Positions 43,034 through 56,600 of a DNA stretch of 64,000 bases are shown here, in pieces. The notes under the pieces were generated by a model. That model did no database searches, was not told the DNA's origin, and saw only the letters and a program-made list of their open reading frames with translations. The number at the start of each line of letters is the position of its first letter. Positions within the stretch are counted from its first letter, which is position 1. This stretch comes from Macrostomum lignano (lineage: Eukaryota): NCBI GenBank assembly GCA_002269645.1, contig NIVC01000037.1, positions 372,001-436,000 of the forward strand. Direction: 5' to 3'. The position numbers were made by a program, and so were the translations under genes.

Positions 43034-43997
43034 AGAAAGGCATCAGCTGCCTCCAGTGCAGCACAGAGCCCAGCGACCCAGCCCGGAGCAAGTGCAGCGA
43101 TCCATTCGATCCCAAGCTGCACAAAGAGCTGAAGCGGCCACTGCACAAAAGGCCCGCAAACTTGAGCATTGTGCCATGCGATGGACTCTGTGTCAAATGG
43201 ATCAAGATTTCAGATACAGGTACAGTCAAGGGTACTGAGAAAGAGCTCGTTTGATCTTCAATATACGAGTTAGCTTAATGTTAGCTAATTATACCATTTT
43301 GTTTTAATCTTCACTAAGTTTCGTGGAATATTTTGGCGTTAAAACAAGGGTCGGCGAACTCCGGCCGCGGGCAACATGGGGCCTGCGAAGCCTCTCTATC
43401 CAGCCCTCGGGTTCTTTGAAACTTCACAATAGCAATCCGGTCCGCTCAAGGCTTGTGTCTCTTTTCAGCTTTCTTCTCTCATCTTCTGTTCCTTCTCTCC
43501 CCTCTCTTTTCTCCTCTCCTCTCCTTTCTGCTCTTCTAAGAGTATCTCTTCTCTTCCTTCGCCTGTCATTTCTCATAGCTCTCTTCTCTCCCCCCTTATC
43601 TGGTTCTCAGTCATGCGCTGGGTTCTCTATCTGATCCCTGCCTTAAATGATCGCATCGCATGACTTAAGACATTTTGCAAAACAATTAAGGTGCTGTACT
43701 CGTATGCTTTCACTGATATTATCTCTATCTGCAAGAACCACTTTATTAATTTTTAATTCCAACCACTCGTTCAAAGGCGGACCAAGCAGCATAATGCGCA
43801 CTTGCTCAACAAGCCTAGACCTGCGCTTCGTCCAGACAGCGTCTGTGTGCATTTACGAGTCGCGCAGCGGCCAAGGATTCATGTGCTTCTGCAGGGGCGA
43901 CGTGTGCAATGCCGGCGGTAGATTACTGACGCAATTAACCCTCAGCTTGGTCTGTTTACTGGCAGTGCTAGTGACTTGGCATTGTGCAAGTCATTAG
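43034..43997 (+). CDS. Second Ly6/quiver-like protein, 5'-partial; join(43034..43219,43777..43997)
   Basis: GISCLQCS...KCSDPF...PCDGLCVKW...|GGPSSIMRTCS...VCIYES...CFCRGDVCNAGG gives ten Cys plus a hydrophobic tail. The GT-AG intron is phase 1. The signal-peptide exon was not resolved. Confidence 0.85.
43345..43410 (+). mobile_element. hAT (Charlie-like) terminal fragment
   Basis: CAAGGGTCGGCGAACTCCGGCCGCGGGCAACATGGGGCCTGCG resembles the CAGGGGTCGGCAAACT..GGCCCGCGGGCC terminus; no matching second end was found. Confidence 0.4.
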
Positions 43998-46900
43998 CCG
44001 AGACTGTTAAATTTGGACACTATACTGCTTGGAATAATCGTCGAGTACTTTTTGTACTTATATCCTTCTATCCTTAAAATCAGGAGTTTACAATAATAAC
44101 GCTAGTGTCATTAACAACGCTGCCGGCTACTATAGGGAATTTTATTACCACTTTTTTAGGCTTGTCCCGACTACCTGACCTTTCCACAGGCCGTAAGAAG
44201 ACAAATAGATCCGAGCCTTTTACACCCGTTTTAAGCTGAACTTTCAAAGGCGCCCTGACAGTACCTACTAAACTTTCAAGTGTGTTCGCAAAAGGTCTGC
44301 AAGCCATGGTGAAAAGTTACTCACCTGAATTCGAGCGTTGATCAAGCCACCGCTAGCGTTTTTTCTCTATATGTCTCTCGAATTCAGTGCAAAGATATAT
44401 TAACCTGGCAGAATCTTCATAAACTGTTCTCTTAATAGCGACTGCACTATTATAGCTAAGCACAAATGCTATTTGGAAGGCATGGCCTCGGGTAGGTGTT
44501 CTAAAAAGAAAGAATTGGCTAGCCTGTGTGCACTCTATATTACAAGTATAGAGTTGAGAGCATCTAAAGCCGAAACGAACCGGCTCAAAATGGAGGAGGG
44601 ATGGCTGCTTATAGCCAACTCTCACAGAACTGTGGAGCGGTTGGGTTTTACCGAAACAAAAGCGAAATGACGCCCTTAAAAATGCTGCTTCTTCGTAACG
44701 CCGGGCCTCCTGTTGAAAAAAAACTTAACTTCAGGTAGCTAGCGGGAAACTTAAGACGAAAAAATATTTCAGCTCAGTTCACTGTCTGTAATTATTAAAC
44801 ACTTAGACTGCTGACTCACGCAGGGGGTGCGCGACAAGTGACCGCCTCTCCCGCAATTCTGTATGAGCATGAGCTCCAAGCGAAACAGTAGCTAGCTAAT
44901 GCCTATATAAAGGCGGGTTTTGTCAGCCTCTCTGCACCCAGAATTCTTTTTATTCTCTTCGAGGGGCGGCTGGCTTAATACCAATTAATCAATGCCATTC
45001 GCAACCTCAGCATTTGCGCACAGGTAACTCTCAGCCGGGTGCAATTGCAGGCTTAAATTTTGAATAAAAGCGAATAAAAAACTATAGGCGGTATACAGAA
45101 AGCCCATGTGAGCCATATTTAATTTATGACCCAAGCTACATACAAGCCGTCGTGTTTTATAGGGTTTAAAGAGGTCACGAAGGCAAAGAGTGAGAAAGCA
45201 ATCCAAGCATTTGGAGCTTACTGCCTGCTTTTACAATTATAGCTTGACCGAATTTGCACTGACTTGAGAATTTTTCGGATAATTTAATTCCTATATAGAA
45301 TCTAAGTAGAAAATTCAAAATTCAAAAGTCCTGATGAACTCCTGGTATAAAATAATTGCTGCGATTCATAATACCGGTAAACAAAATATTTTATGGTATA
45401 ATACTTGCATGGGAGTTTTTGAATAACAAAATGTTTAGAAAACTGTCCAGTAACTAAAACAAACCGAGACCCGAAGAAAGCAAAATCATGGCAAAAAATC
45501 TTAAGGCTTCGCTTCCCAATTCCCTGTGAGAATCGCCCCATTCTCGTCAAGAATCGCCCCATTCCAGGGACTACATGGCCAATGCCAGACTATTTTGAAG
45601 TCTATAGAATTTGCATAAATTAACCACAAGTTTAAGTCCCATCTTTACTAATTATCTGTTTCAGCCAAGTGTCAAACAAATTTTCTGACTCGTAAAATGA
45701 AATTCAGCTTAGAAATGAAAAAATCTAGTTCCTTACAGTTGAAATTTTTTGCAGCCAAATGCTACTATAAGTAGAACTGAAAAATATCCCAATAAAAAGC
45801 TGAAAAAGTATGTATTTATTAATCTTATAGTCTCTAGATGAAAACTCGTTAGATTAATAAAAATGATTCATTGATTATGAGTTCAATCTTGAGAATAAAG
45901 GAAAATATCCTCTTTTTATGCTACTTAATGCAGTTTAAAAACTTTATAAAAAGATATAACTGGCTGCGTGGATTTCAAATAGTTAAAGTAATATATATTA
46001 GACTAAATAATTCTATGTCAAAGTTTCATCAAGATTTGAATATAAAAATAATATGGTTAGATGTCACTAAAAAAGATTATGGTATACATAATAAAAATTG
46101 ACACTGCTGCCACTTTATATTAATTTAAAAATCCACAAAAAATTCAAACATTACTACAACAGGATTAAATATGGTTACATTCATTACTAATATTGTAGCA
46201 AATAGCAATATTCATTATCTTATTATTTTGGCTATAATTTTCACCTTAATCCAGTGTAGTTTAAATTGAATATGTATACATCTATTTTAATATCATAGTT
46301 ATAAGTTATATCAATTAATTTAATGACTTCTGTATCATATAAGATAGTATCTTAAGTTAGCTTAAGATATTACTACTCATTATATCCAATAAAGACTTGT
46401 ATCATATGACAGCTATATTATAATATAAATCAGCAAAATTAAATAGCAGTATTATGAACATAAAGACGAAACTGAAATATGCCCAGATTTGCGGAGTAAT
46501 GTGAGGATAATTTAATCGATGCAGAAGTTACATTTTTTTTTCATTTTACTCGCACACTTTTGACGACTTGTGAATAGTGAATTATGACTTCTGGTCTCAA
46601 AGAAATTATTATATTGCCATATAGTTTTTCTACGTTCTTATAGCTATTTAGTGAGTAAATAAACGTACTACTATTACTGAACATATAATTATTAATGTGC
46701 TAAAATTAGCAAACTTACGTGTTGAAGAAAAGTGACTGTGGGGTTCACAATGCAGCGCGATAATTAAAACTAAAGTTCATATTTGTACGCTCGTCGCTTC
46801 GTTTTTTCCTAGTAACTTACGAATTTATAATATTACTAAGATTTGACCACTAAAACAAAACTTGTCTCACTGTTTGTGTACTATTAGAGTAATTTTTTAA

Positions 46901-47714
46901 TAACTGGTTTAAAAGAGTTTTAACCTATTATTTTAAAATTTGAATTGCTATATTCTATTTTATTTGCACTGGATTCTAAACGCGTCTAGAGCGGACTCTG
47001 GATACTGTACTCAGAACTGTGCTAGATACAGCTCTAGATAATAGCTGTTGTGTATTTATAATATGAATAAAAATGTGCTAAATTCGGCGCGTAAATTATA
47101 GTGTAGTAATACGAGTACTAGCTCCCTGTAGAATCACACTTGCATCTTTGATATTTTAGATTCAAGCTAGCTCACGCATTCAGTTAATCTGACAATTTTT
47201 TATCTACGAGTAGTCTAAATCATATCAGGCTGTGGAGTCTAGCTCAAAATGAAATGCTCGATCTTGGTTCTCAGCTTCTTGCAGAGCGCCAGGCCCGGGT
47301 GCTTTATTTATTTCTCTGCTTCTTAGCTTGGGGAAATACAATCCGGTAGGCCTATGCTTTTTGGGGGTGCGGGGTCGATGCAGACAGGATTAGTGCATCG
47401 GACTTGCGCGTGCATTAGCCAGTGATAACTGTACAGTGATGACTGTAACGGCTAGACAAAGACAGGCGCCTGGTGGGACCACTGAGAAGTGCGAGTAACA
47501 AATAGACAGACACTACTATACGCAGGCCACTCAAGCTATTGTAGTCTATGTTCCAAATCAATAGCACCCCTAGCTAGCAATTTTAGCTGTATATTGTCTT
47601 TAAGGGCGCAGGAGGATTTGCCATTTATATTGTACGCTCGTAAAAGAATGGGTATTATGGGTAGGCTGCCTGGGTTGAAACGCGATTGAAACGCTCTACA
47701 TTTGTCCGCCGTCA

Positions 47715-48670
47715 CTGTCTATGGTTGAAGCATATTTCAATTATATTCAATTCATCACTTATAGCCACTGTATATTTCACTGCCAACAAACACAAGACCA
47801 AACACAACAGGAATGAAAGTAAACGAAATAATTCAGTAAATAACGCTTGGAAGCTCAAAATGATATGTGGCTGGAGAGTTCATCAATAGTTACCTCAATT
47901 CGCACGTTCCTTGTCTCCAGCACGTACCGATGAATAGACGCCCTGAAGCACACCAGACTTCGGACAGCGTATGGCTTGCCTTCCTGAGTCCTCAGTGACA
48001 CAAACCACAGCCGCATATAGGCACAAAGATAGCGGATCGGCATTGTTTTGATGTTGTCCGGCAGTTTCTGTTCCACCAGATATTTTTTGAAGCGTTTCAC
48101 ATGGAGAGCGGTTTGATCCGTGGTCGATTTGCGTTTTGCAGCCTCTTCGACGTCTTGCACAGCAGCTTCCTCTTCTTCCGTCAGTTCCCGCAGAAGCTCG
48201 GCATTATTCAGAATGCTTGGATTGGACATTTCTGCGTCAATCAACTCCTGCTGTCTTACGGTCACACCGGTCCACTGACTAACTTCTTCACCAGGATCAC
48301 GATGTCCAAGTTGCTGCAGAAACTCAATCTCATTCATTTCTAAACCGCTAATATCTTCCTCTAGTATTGATTCCCAGTGAAACATGGCTAATTCCGAACC
48401 TTAAAGCTGTTTAAATCTTATTTTCTCTCCCACCCACCAAGAGAAGAATGCTTCAAACTCTATTTGGGTTTCAACCATAGACAGTCTCCGCGGACTGCGA
48501 AACCGCCACGAAGCATATAGCTAAAGCTTTTTCAACCATAGACAGTTTCTGTGGACGTGAAACCGCGTTGTGCGTCCGCACTTCAGCCTAACCCAAAACA
48601 CTAATATGGACTGGCTGTTCGGGCTGAAATGAACTGAAAAGCCTCGGCGCGTCCTCAACAGCCAGTCTAT
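47715..48670 (-). mobile_element. Internally deleted Crypton-like (tyrosine recombinase) DNA transposon
   Basis: Contains a truncated YR N-terminal ORF, bracketed by the inverted 13-mers GTCTATGGTTGAA (47717) and TTCAACCATAGAC (48470, 48531). Boundaries are approximate. Confidence 0.6.
47855..48385 (-). pseudogene. N-terminal fragment of a Crypton/DUF3504-type tyrosine recombinase (ZMYM/KCTD1/QRICH1-related)
   Basis: KRKSTTDQTALHVKRFKKYL...LCAYMRLWFVSLRTQEGKPYAVRSLVCFRASIHRYV matches the N-terminal pattern (T..kT...v..f..yl ... L..ff...R...G..Y...sl...rssi.Ry). No catalytic R-H-R-Y region follows. Confidence 0.7.
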
Positions 48671-49461
48671 ATTAATACGAGTATATTGCAGCAAAAACGG
48701 AAAGAGCGACCGCTGTTTTTCGTCAGTTGTGCGAAAAAGCTCGACATGGGTTGCTTAAATTGTTTGTTTAGTACGAGTAGCTTAGGGACATAAACGCTAA
48801 ATATTGAGAATGTGATAGAACTTTTCAAGAAATTAAATAAAAAGCTATTCAAGCAAACTAAAAAAGATATATGCAAGATATATGAAATTGAGTTCAGTAG
48901 TTATGATTTTCGCGCTGTCGCGAGTTGCGAAAATTTTTATATTGTCTTCTATGGCCACATAAGTGCATGGTTAATGAGTGGGCCATCCTGTGTACGTGTA
49001 TATGATCTTTGGGCGAAGCACCTAATTTCAACCATCGACACTTTCATTTGATGAAAACGAAGCTTACTGAATCAGCAATTTTGCGGGCAGTTAATGTTTT
49101 GACTTTTACTTTTGTTAACTAATTAACTAAATGTAGTCTACGAGTATGGTATTAAAGAGAATGGTTTAGTTCCCGCCGGGCAAAAAGGTCATGGACAATG
49201 ACCGTGTGTCATTGCTACAATGACGTTGCTTAGTTCACGGACTGAAATAATGACCAAACAGCACGAGTAGTACGCACTAGCTTATACCTTGGTGGTGATT
49301 CAGTATAACGTGTGAGGAACTGGTCACTGGTCATGACATCTGAGGTGTGGCCAACAAGATCTTTCATTGGAGCCGCGTCTGTGGGGAATTGGGGGTAGAG
49401 GCGGCGCCACTTCAATTGAGTGGACGCTAAAGCTATTCTGCATGGGGGCAACTGGCTGAGC

Positions 49462-49918
49462 ATAGTTATCGGTTGCTGAGTATACTGTTATCTGTTGCTG
49501 AGCATAGTTATCTGTTGCTGAGTATACTGTTATCTGTTGCTGAGTATACTGTTATCTGTTGCTGAGTATACTGTTATCTGTTGCTGAGCATAGTTATCTG
49601 TTGCTGAGTATACTGTTATCTATTGCTGAGTATACTGTTATCTGTTGCTGAGTATACTGTTATCTGTTGCTGAGTATACTGTTATCTGATGCTGAGTATA
49701 CTGTTATCTGTTGCTGAGTATACTGTTATCTGATGCTGAGTATACTGTTATCTGATGCTGAGTATACTGTTATCTGATGCTGAGTATACTGTTATCTGTT
49801 GCTGAGTATACTGTTATCTGTTGCTGAGTATACTGTTATCTGTTGCTGAGTATACTGTTATCTGTTGCTGAGTATACAGTCATCTGTTGCGAGTATATTA
49901 TAGTTATCGGTTGCTGAG
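49462..49918. repeat. 22-bp minisatellite GCTGAGTATACTGTTATCTGTT
   Basis: Visible. Confidence 0.95.
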
Positions 49919-50368
49919 GAGTAGCTAAATGATGCTTGAGCTGCCGAGTCAGTGCGCATACCAATATGCATTAGCTCCGAGCCCCTGGTTATTTAAACAA
50001 ATAATTGCGTCACCCACGCATGCAAACGCAAATAGTTGCTTATGTAAAATGCATTTATACTTGCATGAGACTCACTGGTGTATTCATGCAGATAAATTCA
50101 TGCAGCTTAGTGGTGAGTACGATCTAGATCATGCTCGTCAATGAGAGAATGACGCAACAGGAATGAGCTGTGCCTTCGCTGCACATCCAGAATAGTTCCA
50201 CAGTATAAAGTCAAACAGAACTCACAAGTTATAGCCTGTTTCTTCTCAATATTTCAATTGAATTGCGCAGAGGGCCGCCTATGAACCAGAAAACGAGCCC
50301 CCCCCCCCCCAAAAAAGGGTCGCGAATGGGGCCCCGCCCCCACTTCATAGGGTATATGGAGGCCAATT

Positions 50369-50373
<5 letters not shown>

Positions 50374-50440
<67 letters not shown>
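50374..50440. repeat. (AG)n microsatellite
   Basis: Visible. Confidence 0.97.
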
Positions 50441-50441
<1 letters not shown>

Positions 50442-50619
50442 ACACAGAGTTCATATACATAGCTCACACAGTGTACGCATGCATCAACTCATGTTTGCAC
50501 GCATCGCACTCCCCGTTCTCACCATGAGTAATACTGGTTTGCAAGGCTATCTTTGCAGTCTATAAATTGAAGCAAGCCACTGACCAACCCCTCTCAGAAC
50601 AATATACACAGCAGCAGCA

Positions 50620-53600
50620 ATGCGTCGGTCACAACAGGATCCGCAAACGATAGAAAAGGCGCAGCCGGTCGCCGCCGCCTCTGGGACTCGACGAAGAAGC
50701 ATCAGTCAGAAGCTGAACAAGCTGGCTAGAAGGCTGCGACTGTCGCACAGGGACAGCATTGTGACAAGTGAGACAATTAGGATTAGGTTAGAAGTCCTTG
50801 GAGGATTAGGATAGAAGTCCTTGGAGGATTAGGATAGAAGTCCTTGAAGGATTAGGATAGAAGTCCTTTGAGGATTAGGTTAGAAGTCCTTGGAGGATTA
50901 GGTTAGAAGTCCAGCTTGGAGGATTAGGATAGAAGTCATTGGAGGATTAGGTTAGAAGTCCTTGGAGGATTAGGATAGAAGTCATTGGAGGATTAGGTTA
51001 GAAGTCCAGCTTGGAGGATTAGGATAGAAGTCTTTGGAGGATTAAGATAGAAGTCATTGGAGGATTAGGATAGAAATCTTTGGAGGATTAGGTTAGAAGT
51101 CCTTGCCGGATTAGGATAAAAGTCCTTGGAGGATTAGGATAGAAATCTTTGGAGGATTAGGTTAGAAGTCCTTGGAGGATTAGATTAGAAGTCCAGCTTT
51201 GGAGGATTAGGATAGAAGTCTTTGGAGGATTAGGATAGAAGTCTTTGGAGGATTAGGATAGAAGTCTTTGGAGGATTAGGATAGAAGTCTTTGGAGGATT
51301 AGGATAGAAGTAATGTGGAAGAAGAAATGAAATCATATGATCGATAATTGAATGATCAGAAAAAGCAGATTTCGGCAAGTATATGAGGATAAAAATCTCC
51401 ACCCCACCACCCCAAACTTGAAGCCATGCCCGCATTTTGCGTATCGGACGTGCCCGCACGCGGCACCATCGTGATCACTCGCCGGCACATCTGCTTCTGG
51501 CCGGCACTGCCCAGCCTCACCCCGGAGGTAAGTTTTGCTGCAGAACCATTACCTTGGCATCCACACATGATTGATTGCTGACAAAAGTGCAAACTGATTC
51601 ACAATTACGATATCAGGTGAAACTAAAATTCTCTGACGTCGTCTCCATCTGCAAGGAGAAGGTTTTCTCCCTGTTTCCCACCGGGATCAGAATCGCCACG
51701 GCTCAGCGGGCGGTGAGAGGCTTACAGTGCATTACGAGTTTTGCATTTGGGTCATAAGGATCTGGGTCATAAGGATCTGGGTCATAAGAATCTAGGTCAT
51801 TTGAATCTAGGTCATAAAGATCTGGATGATAAGGATCTGGGTCACAAGGATCTGGGTCATAAGGATCTGGATCATAAGGATCTGGGTCATAAGGATCTGG
51901 GTCATAAGGATCTGGGTCATAAGGATCTGGGTCATAAGGATCTGGGTCATAAGGATCTGGGTCATAAGAATCTAGGTCATTTGAATCTAGGTCACAAGGA
52001 TCTGGATGATAAGGATCTGGGTCATAAGGATCTGGATGATAAGGATCTGAGTCATAAGGATCTGGATCATAAGGATCTGGGTCATAACGATCTGGGTCAT
52101 AAGGATCTGGGTCATAAGGATCTGGGTCATAAGGATCTGGGTCATAAGAATCTAGGTCATTTGAATCTAGGTCATAAGGATCTGGATGATAAGGATCTGG
52201 GTCATAAGGATCTGGATGATAAGGATCTGGGTCATAAGGATCTGGGTCATAAGGATCTGGGTCATAAGGATCTGGGTCATAAGGATCTGGGTCATAAGGA
52301 TCTGGGTCATAAGAATCTAGGTCATTTGAATCTAGGTCATAAGGATCTGGATGATAAGGATCTGGGTCATAAGGATCTGGATGATAAGGATCTGAGTCAT
52401 AAGGATCTGGGTCATAAGAATCTGGGTCATAAGGATCTGGGTCCTAAGGATCTGGGTCATAAGAATCTAGGTCATTTGAATCTAGGTCATAAAGATCTGG
52501 ATGATAAGGATCTGGGTCACAAGGATCTGGGTCATAAGGATCTGGATCATAAGGATCTGGGTCATAAGGATCTGGGTCATAAGGATCTGGGTCATAAGGA
52601 TCTGGGTCATAAGGATCTGGGTCATAAGGATCTGGGTCATAAGGATCTGGGTCATAAGAATCTAGGTCATTTGAATCTAGGTCACAAGGATCTGGATGAT
52701 AAGGATCTGGGTCATAAGGATCTGGATGATAAGGATCTGAGTCATAAGGATCTGGATCATAAGGATCTGGGTCATAACGATCTGGGTCATAAGGATCTGG
52801 GTCATAAGGATCTGGGTCATAAGGATCTGGGTCATAAGAATCTAGGTCATTTGAATCTAGGTCATAAGGATCTGGATGATAAGGATCTGGGTCATAAGGA
52901 TCTGGATGATAAGGATCTGAGTCATAAGGATCTGGGTCATAAGAATCTGGGTCATAAGGATCTGGGTCATAAGGATCTGGGTCATAAGGATCTGGGTCAT
53001 AAGGATCTGGGTCATAAGGATCTGGGTCATAAGGATCTAGGTCATTTGAATCTAGGTCATAAGGATCTGGATGATAAGGATCTGGGTCATAAGGATCTGG
53101 ATGATAAGGATCTGAGTCATAAGGATCTGGGTCATAAGAATCTGGGTCATAAGGATCTGGGTCCTAAGGATCTGGGTCATAAGAATCTAGGTCATTTGAA
53201 TCTAGGTCATAAAGATCTGGATGATAAGGATCTGGGTCACAAGGATCTGGGTCATAAGGATCTGGATCATAAGGATCTGGGTCATAAGGATCTGGGTCAT
53301 AAGGATCTGGGTCATAAGGATCTGGGTCATAAGGATCTGGGTCATAAGGATCTGGGTCATAAGGATCTGGGTCATAAGAATCTAGGTCATTTGAATCTAG
53401 GTCACAAGGATCTGGATGATAAGGATCTGGGTCATAAGGATCTGGATGATAAGGATCTGAGTCATAAGGATCTGGATCATAAGGATCTGGGTCATAACGA
53501 TCTGGGTCATAAGGATCTGGGTCATAAGGATCTGGGTCATAAGGATCTGGGTCATAAGAATCTAGGTCATTTGAATCTAGGTCATAAGGATCTGGATGAT

Positions 53601-56600
53601 AAGGATCTGGGTCATAAGGATCTGGATGATAAGGATCTGGGTCATAAGGATCTGGATGATAAGGATCTGGGTCATAACGATCTGGGTCATAAGAATCTGG
53701 GTCATAAGGATCTGGGTCATAAGGATCTGGGTCATAAGGATCTGGGTCATAAGGATCTGGGTCATAAGGATCTAGGTCATTTGAATCTAGGTCATAAGGA
53801 TCTGGATGATAAGGATCTGGGTCATAAGGATCTGGATGATAAGGATCTGAGTCATAAGGATCTGGATCATAAGGATCTGGGTCATAACGATCTGGGTCAT
53901 AAGGATCTGGGTCATAAGGATCTGGGTCATAAGGATCTGGGTCATAAGAATCTAGGTCATTTGAATCTAGGTCATAAGGATCTGGATGATAAGGATCTGG
54001 GTCATAAGGATCTGGATGATAAGGATCTGGGTCATAAGGATCTGGATGATAAGGATCTGGGTCATAACGATCTGGGTCATAAGAATCTGGGTCATAAGGA
54101 TCTGGGTCATAAGGATCTGGGTCATAAGGATCTGGGTCATAAGGATCTGGGTCATAAGGATCTAGGTCATTTGAATCTAGGTCATAAGGATCTGGATGAT
54201 AAGGATCTGGGTCATAAGGATCTGGATGATAAGGATCTGGGTGATAAGGATCTGGGTGATAAGGATCTGGGTCATAAGGATCTGGGTCATAAGAATCTGG
54301 GTCATAAGGATCTGGGTCATAAGGATCTGGGTCATAAGGATCCGGGTCATAAGGATCTGGGTCATATGGATCTGGTTCATAAGGATCTGAGTCATAAGGA
54401 TCTATGTCATAAAGCTCTAAGTCACTATGTTTTGGGCATCAGAAAAATAACTTGAGTCATAAGCTTTGCCAATCTGCATTAACTATTTAATATAAAAAAT
54501 GCTTCTTTTGTCACACTTTTTTAGGTAACCTTCTCAAACATTGGCTCCCGAGATCGACTGCTGCAGCAGCTGCAGTCCGCCTGGGATGCCTCAGCTGATG
54601 CAGCGAACAGTGCCAGCGCAATTGTAGAATCCCACGCTGCTCTGGTGAGGACGCATCTTTTAGGTTGCTTTGGTTTGCTCAAATTGAGGCTAGACTGTAG
54701 CTCAGATTGAGGCTAGACTGTAGCTCAGATTGAGGCTAGACTGTAGCTCAGATTGAGGCTAGACTGTAGCTCAGATTGAGGCTAGACTGTAGCTCAGATT
54801 GAGGCTAGACTGTAGCTCAGATTGAGGCTAGACTGTAGCTCAGATTGAGGCTAGACTGTAGCTCAGATTGAGGCTAGACTGTAGCTCAGATTGAGGCTAG
54901 ACTGTAGCTCAGATTGAGGCTAGACTGTAGCTCAGATTGAGGCTAGACTGTAGCTCAGATTGAGGCTAGACTGTAGCTCAGATTGAGGCTAGACTGTAGC
55001 TCAGATTGAGGCTAGACTGTAGCTCAGATTGAGGCTAGACTGTAGCTCAGATAGGCTAAAATGCGCCTCAGATCTTCGAGTTGAAAATAGATGAGCAAAG
55101 TTTGACAAGCAGTTAGAGTTTCATATTCAATTCTACTGACAGGGCTCTTTCTAAGTTTATGCTATTAAGTTCGCAGTCACGCCTTTTGCTCGCCACTCCC
55201 CGTAAGCAAAATGGTGGCGTGATTCGCTCTAAGAATAGAAATTCAGAATCCATTGAATTTGTGGCCGTCTCTCTTCTCTTCTTTTCTATTCTACGAGTAT
55301 TTGTTTCCAGATTTCTGCTTCTGCCTTACATTTAAACTGATGCGAAGCAATAAAAGAAGTGGTTATCTTAGTAACATCAATCAAATGCCACTCTCATTAG
55401 TATGAGTTATTAATTACGCACTTACTTAGCTCGTACAGGTGGCTGAAATGCCAAGGTTTAAGGTTTGGTTGGGCTTGGTTTTTCAAGGCTCATGGGGGAT
55501 TGCTGATATGGCAAGGCTCATGGGGGATTGCTGATATGTCAAGGCTCATGGGGGATTGCTGATATGGCAAGGCTCATGGGGGATTGCTGATATGTCAAGG
55601 CTCATGGGGGATTGCTGATATGTCAAGGCTCATGGGGGATTGCTGATATGTCAAGGCTCATGGGGGATTGCTGATATGGCAAGGCTCATGGGGGATTGCT
55701 GATATGGCAAGGCTCATGGGGGATTGCTGATATGTCAAGGCTCATGGGGGATTGCTGATATGTCAAGGCTCATGGGGGATTGCTGATATGTCAAGGCTCA
55801 TGGGGGATTGCTGATATGTCAAGGCTCATGGGGGATTGCTGATATGTCAAGGCTCATGGGGGATTACCAAGATGTCAAGACTCATGTGGGAACTGCTGAG
55901 AAGTCAAGGCTTACTACTGAAATGTCAAGGCTCATAGGGGGATTCTGATATCTTTGGCTAGATAGCCGGCTGTAAACATAATTTTCCTTAAGAAGCTAAG
56001 GAACTAACCCGGTTAAAGCTGAAGAAATATTCCACATCCCGCTCTCAATCCAATCAACAGGCCGTCGTCAGTCAGGTCGAAGCTTCAACGGACGACTCAG
56101 GTGACTCGGGATTCGACGCCAGCCCAGTTGTTCAGCAGCTGCAGTTACAACAGGACGTCGGCGATCGAATAGAGGATGATGGAGAAGAGCTCGATGGCAA
56201 TGTGGAGGAGGAGGATGAGGAGGAGGAGGAGGAGGAGGAGGAGGAGGAGGAGGAGGAGCAAGAGGAACAGCAAGAGGACCGGCAGTTAGAGACGAACAGA
56301 AATCAGCCAGCTACGGAGACTGGAAGATTGACCAGTGTCTGCCACCGCTGGCTGGCAAAACTGGCTACTCTTGTTCGATACGCACCGCGACTCACTTGGG
56401 TGTCAGCGGGGGCAGTTCTCTCTCTGATGCTGTGAGTTGTTGTCTTCTTCTGCTATCCCGCTCTCGTACGCTGGCGCTTTAGCTGGACGAACTATCAATC
56501 CACGACCAAAGCCACTGTCCCTCCAGGATATCAAGGACCAAAGCCACTGTCCCTCCAGGCTATCCAGGACCAAAGCCACTGTCCCTCCAGGCTATCCAGG

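Noticed and set aside
51741-54455. 904-aa (HKDLG)n ORF
   Set aside because: It is a stop-free frame of a 15-bp minisatellite inside GRAM intron 51713-54524, has no ATG start, and is out of frame with the upstream exon.
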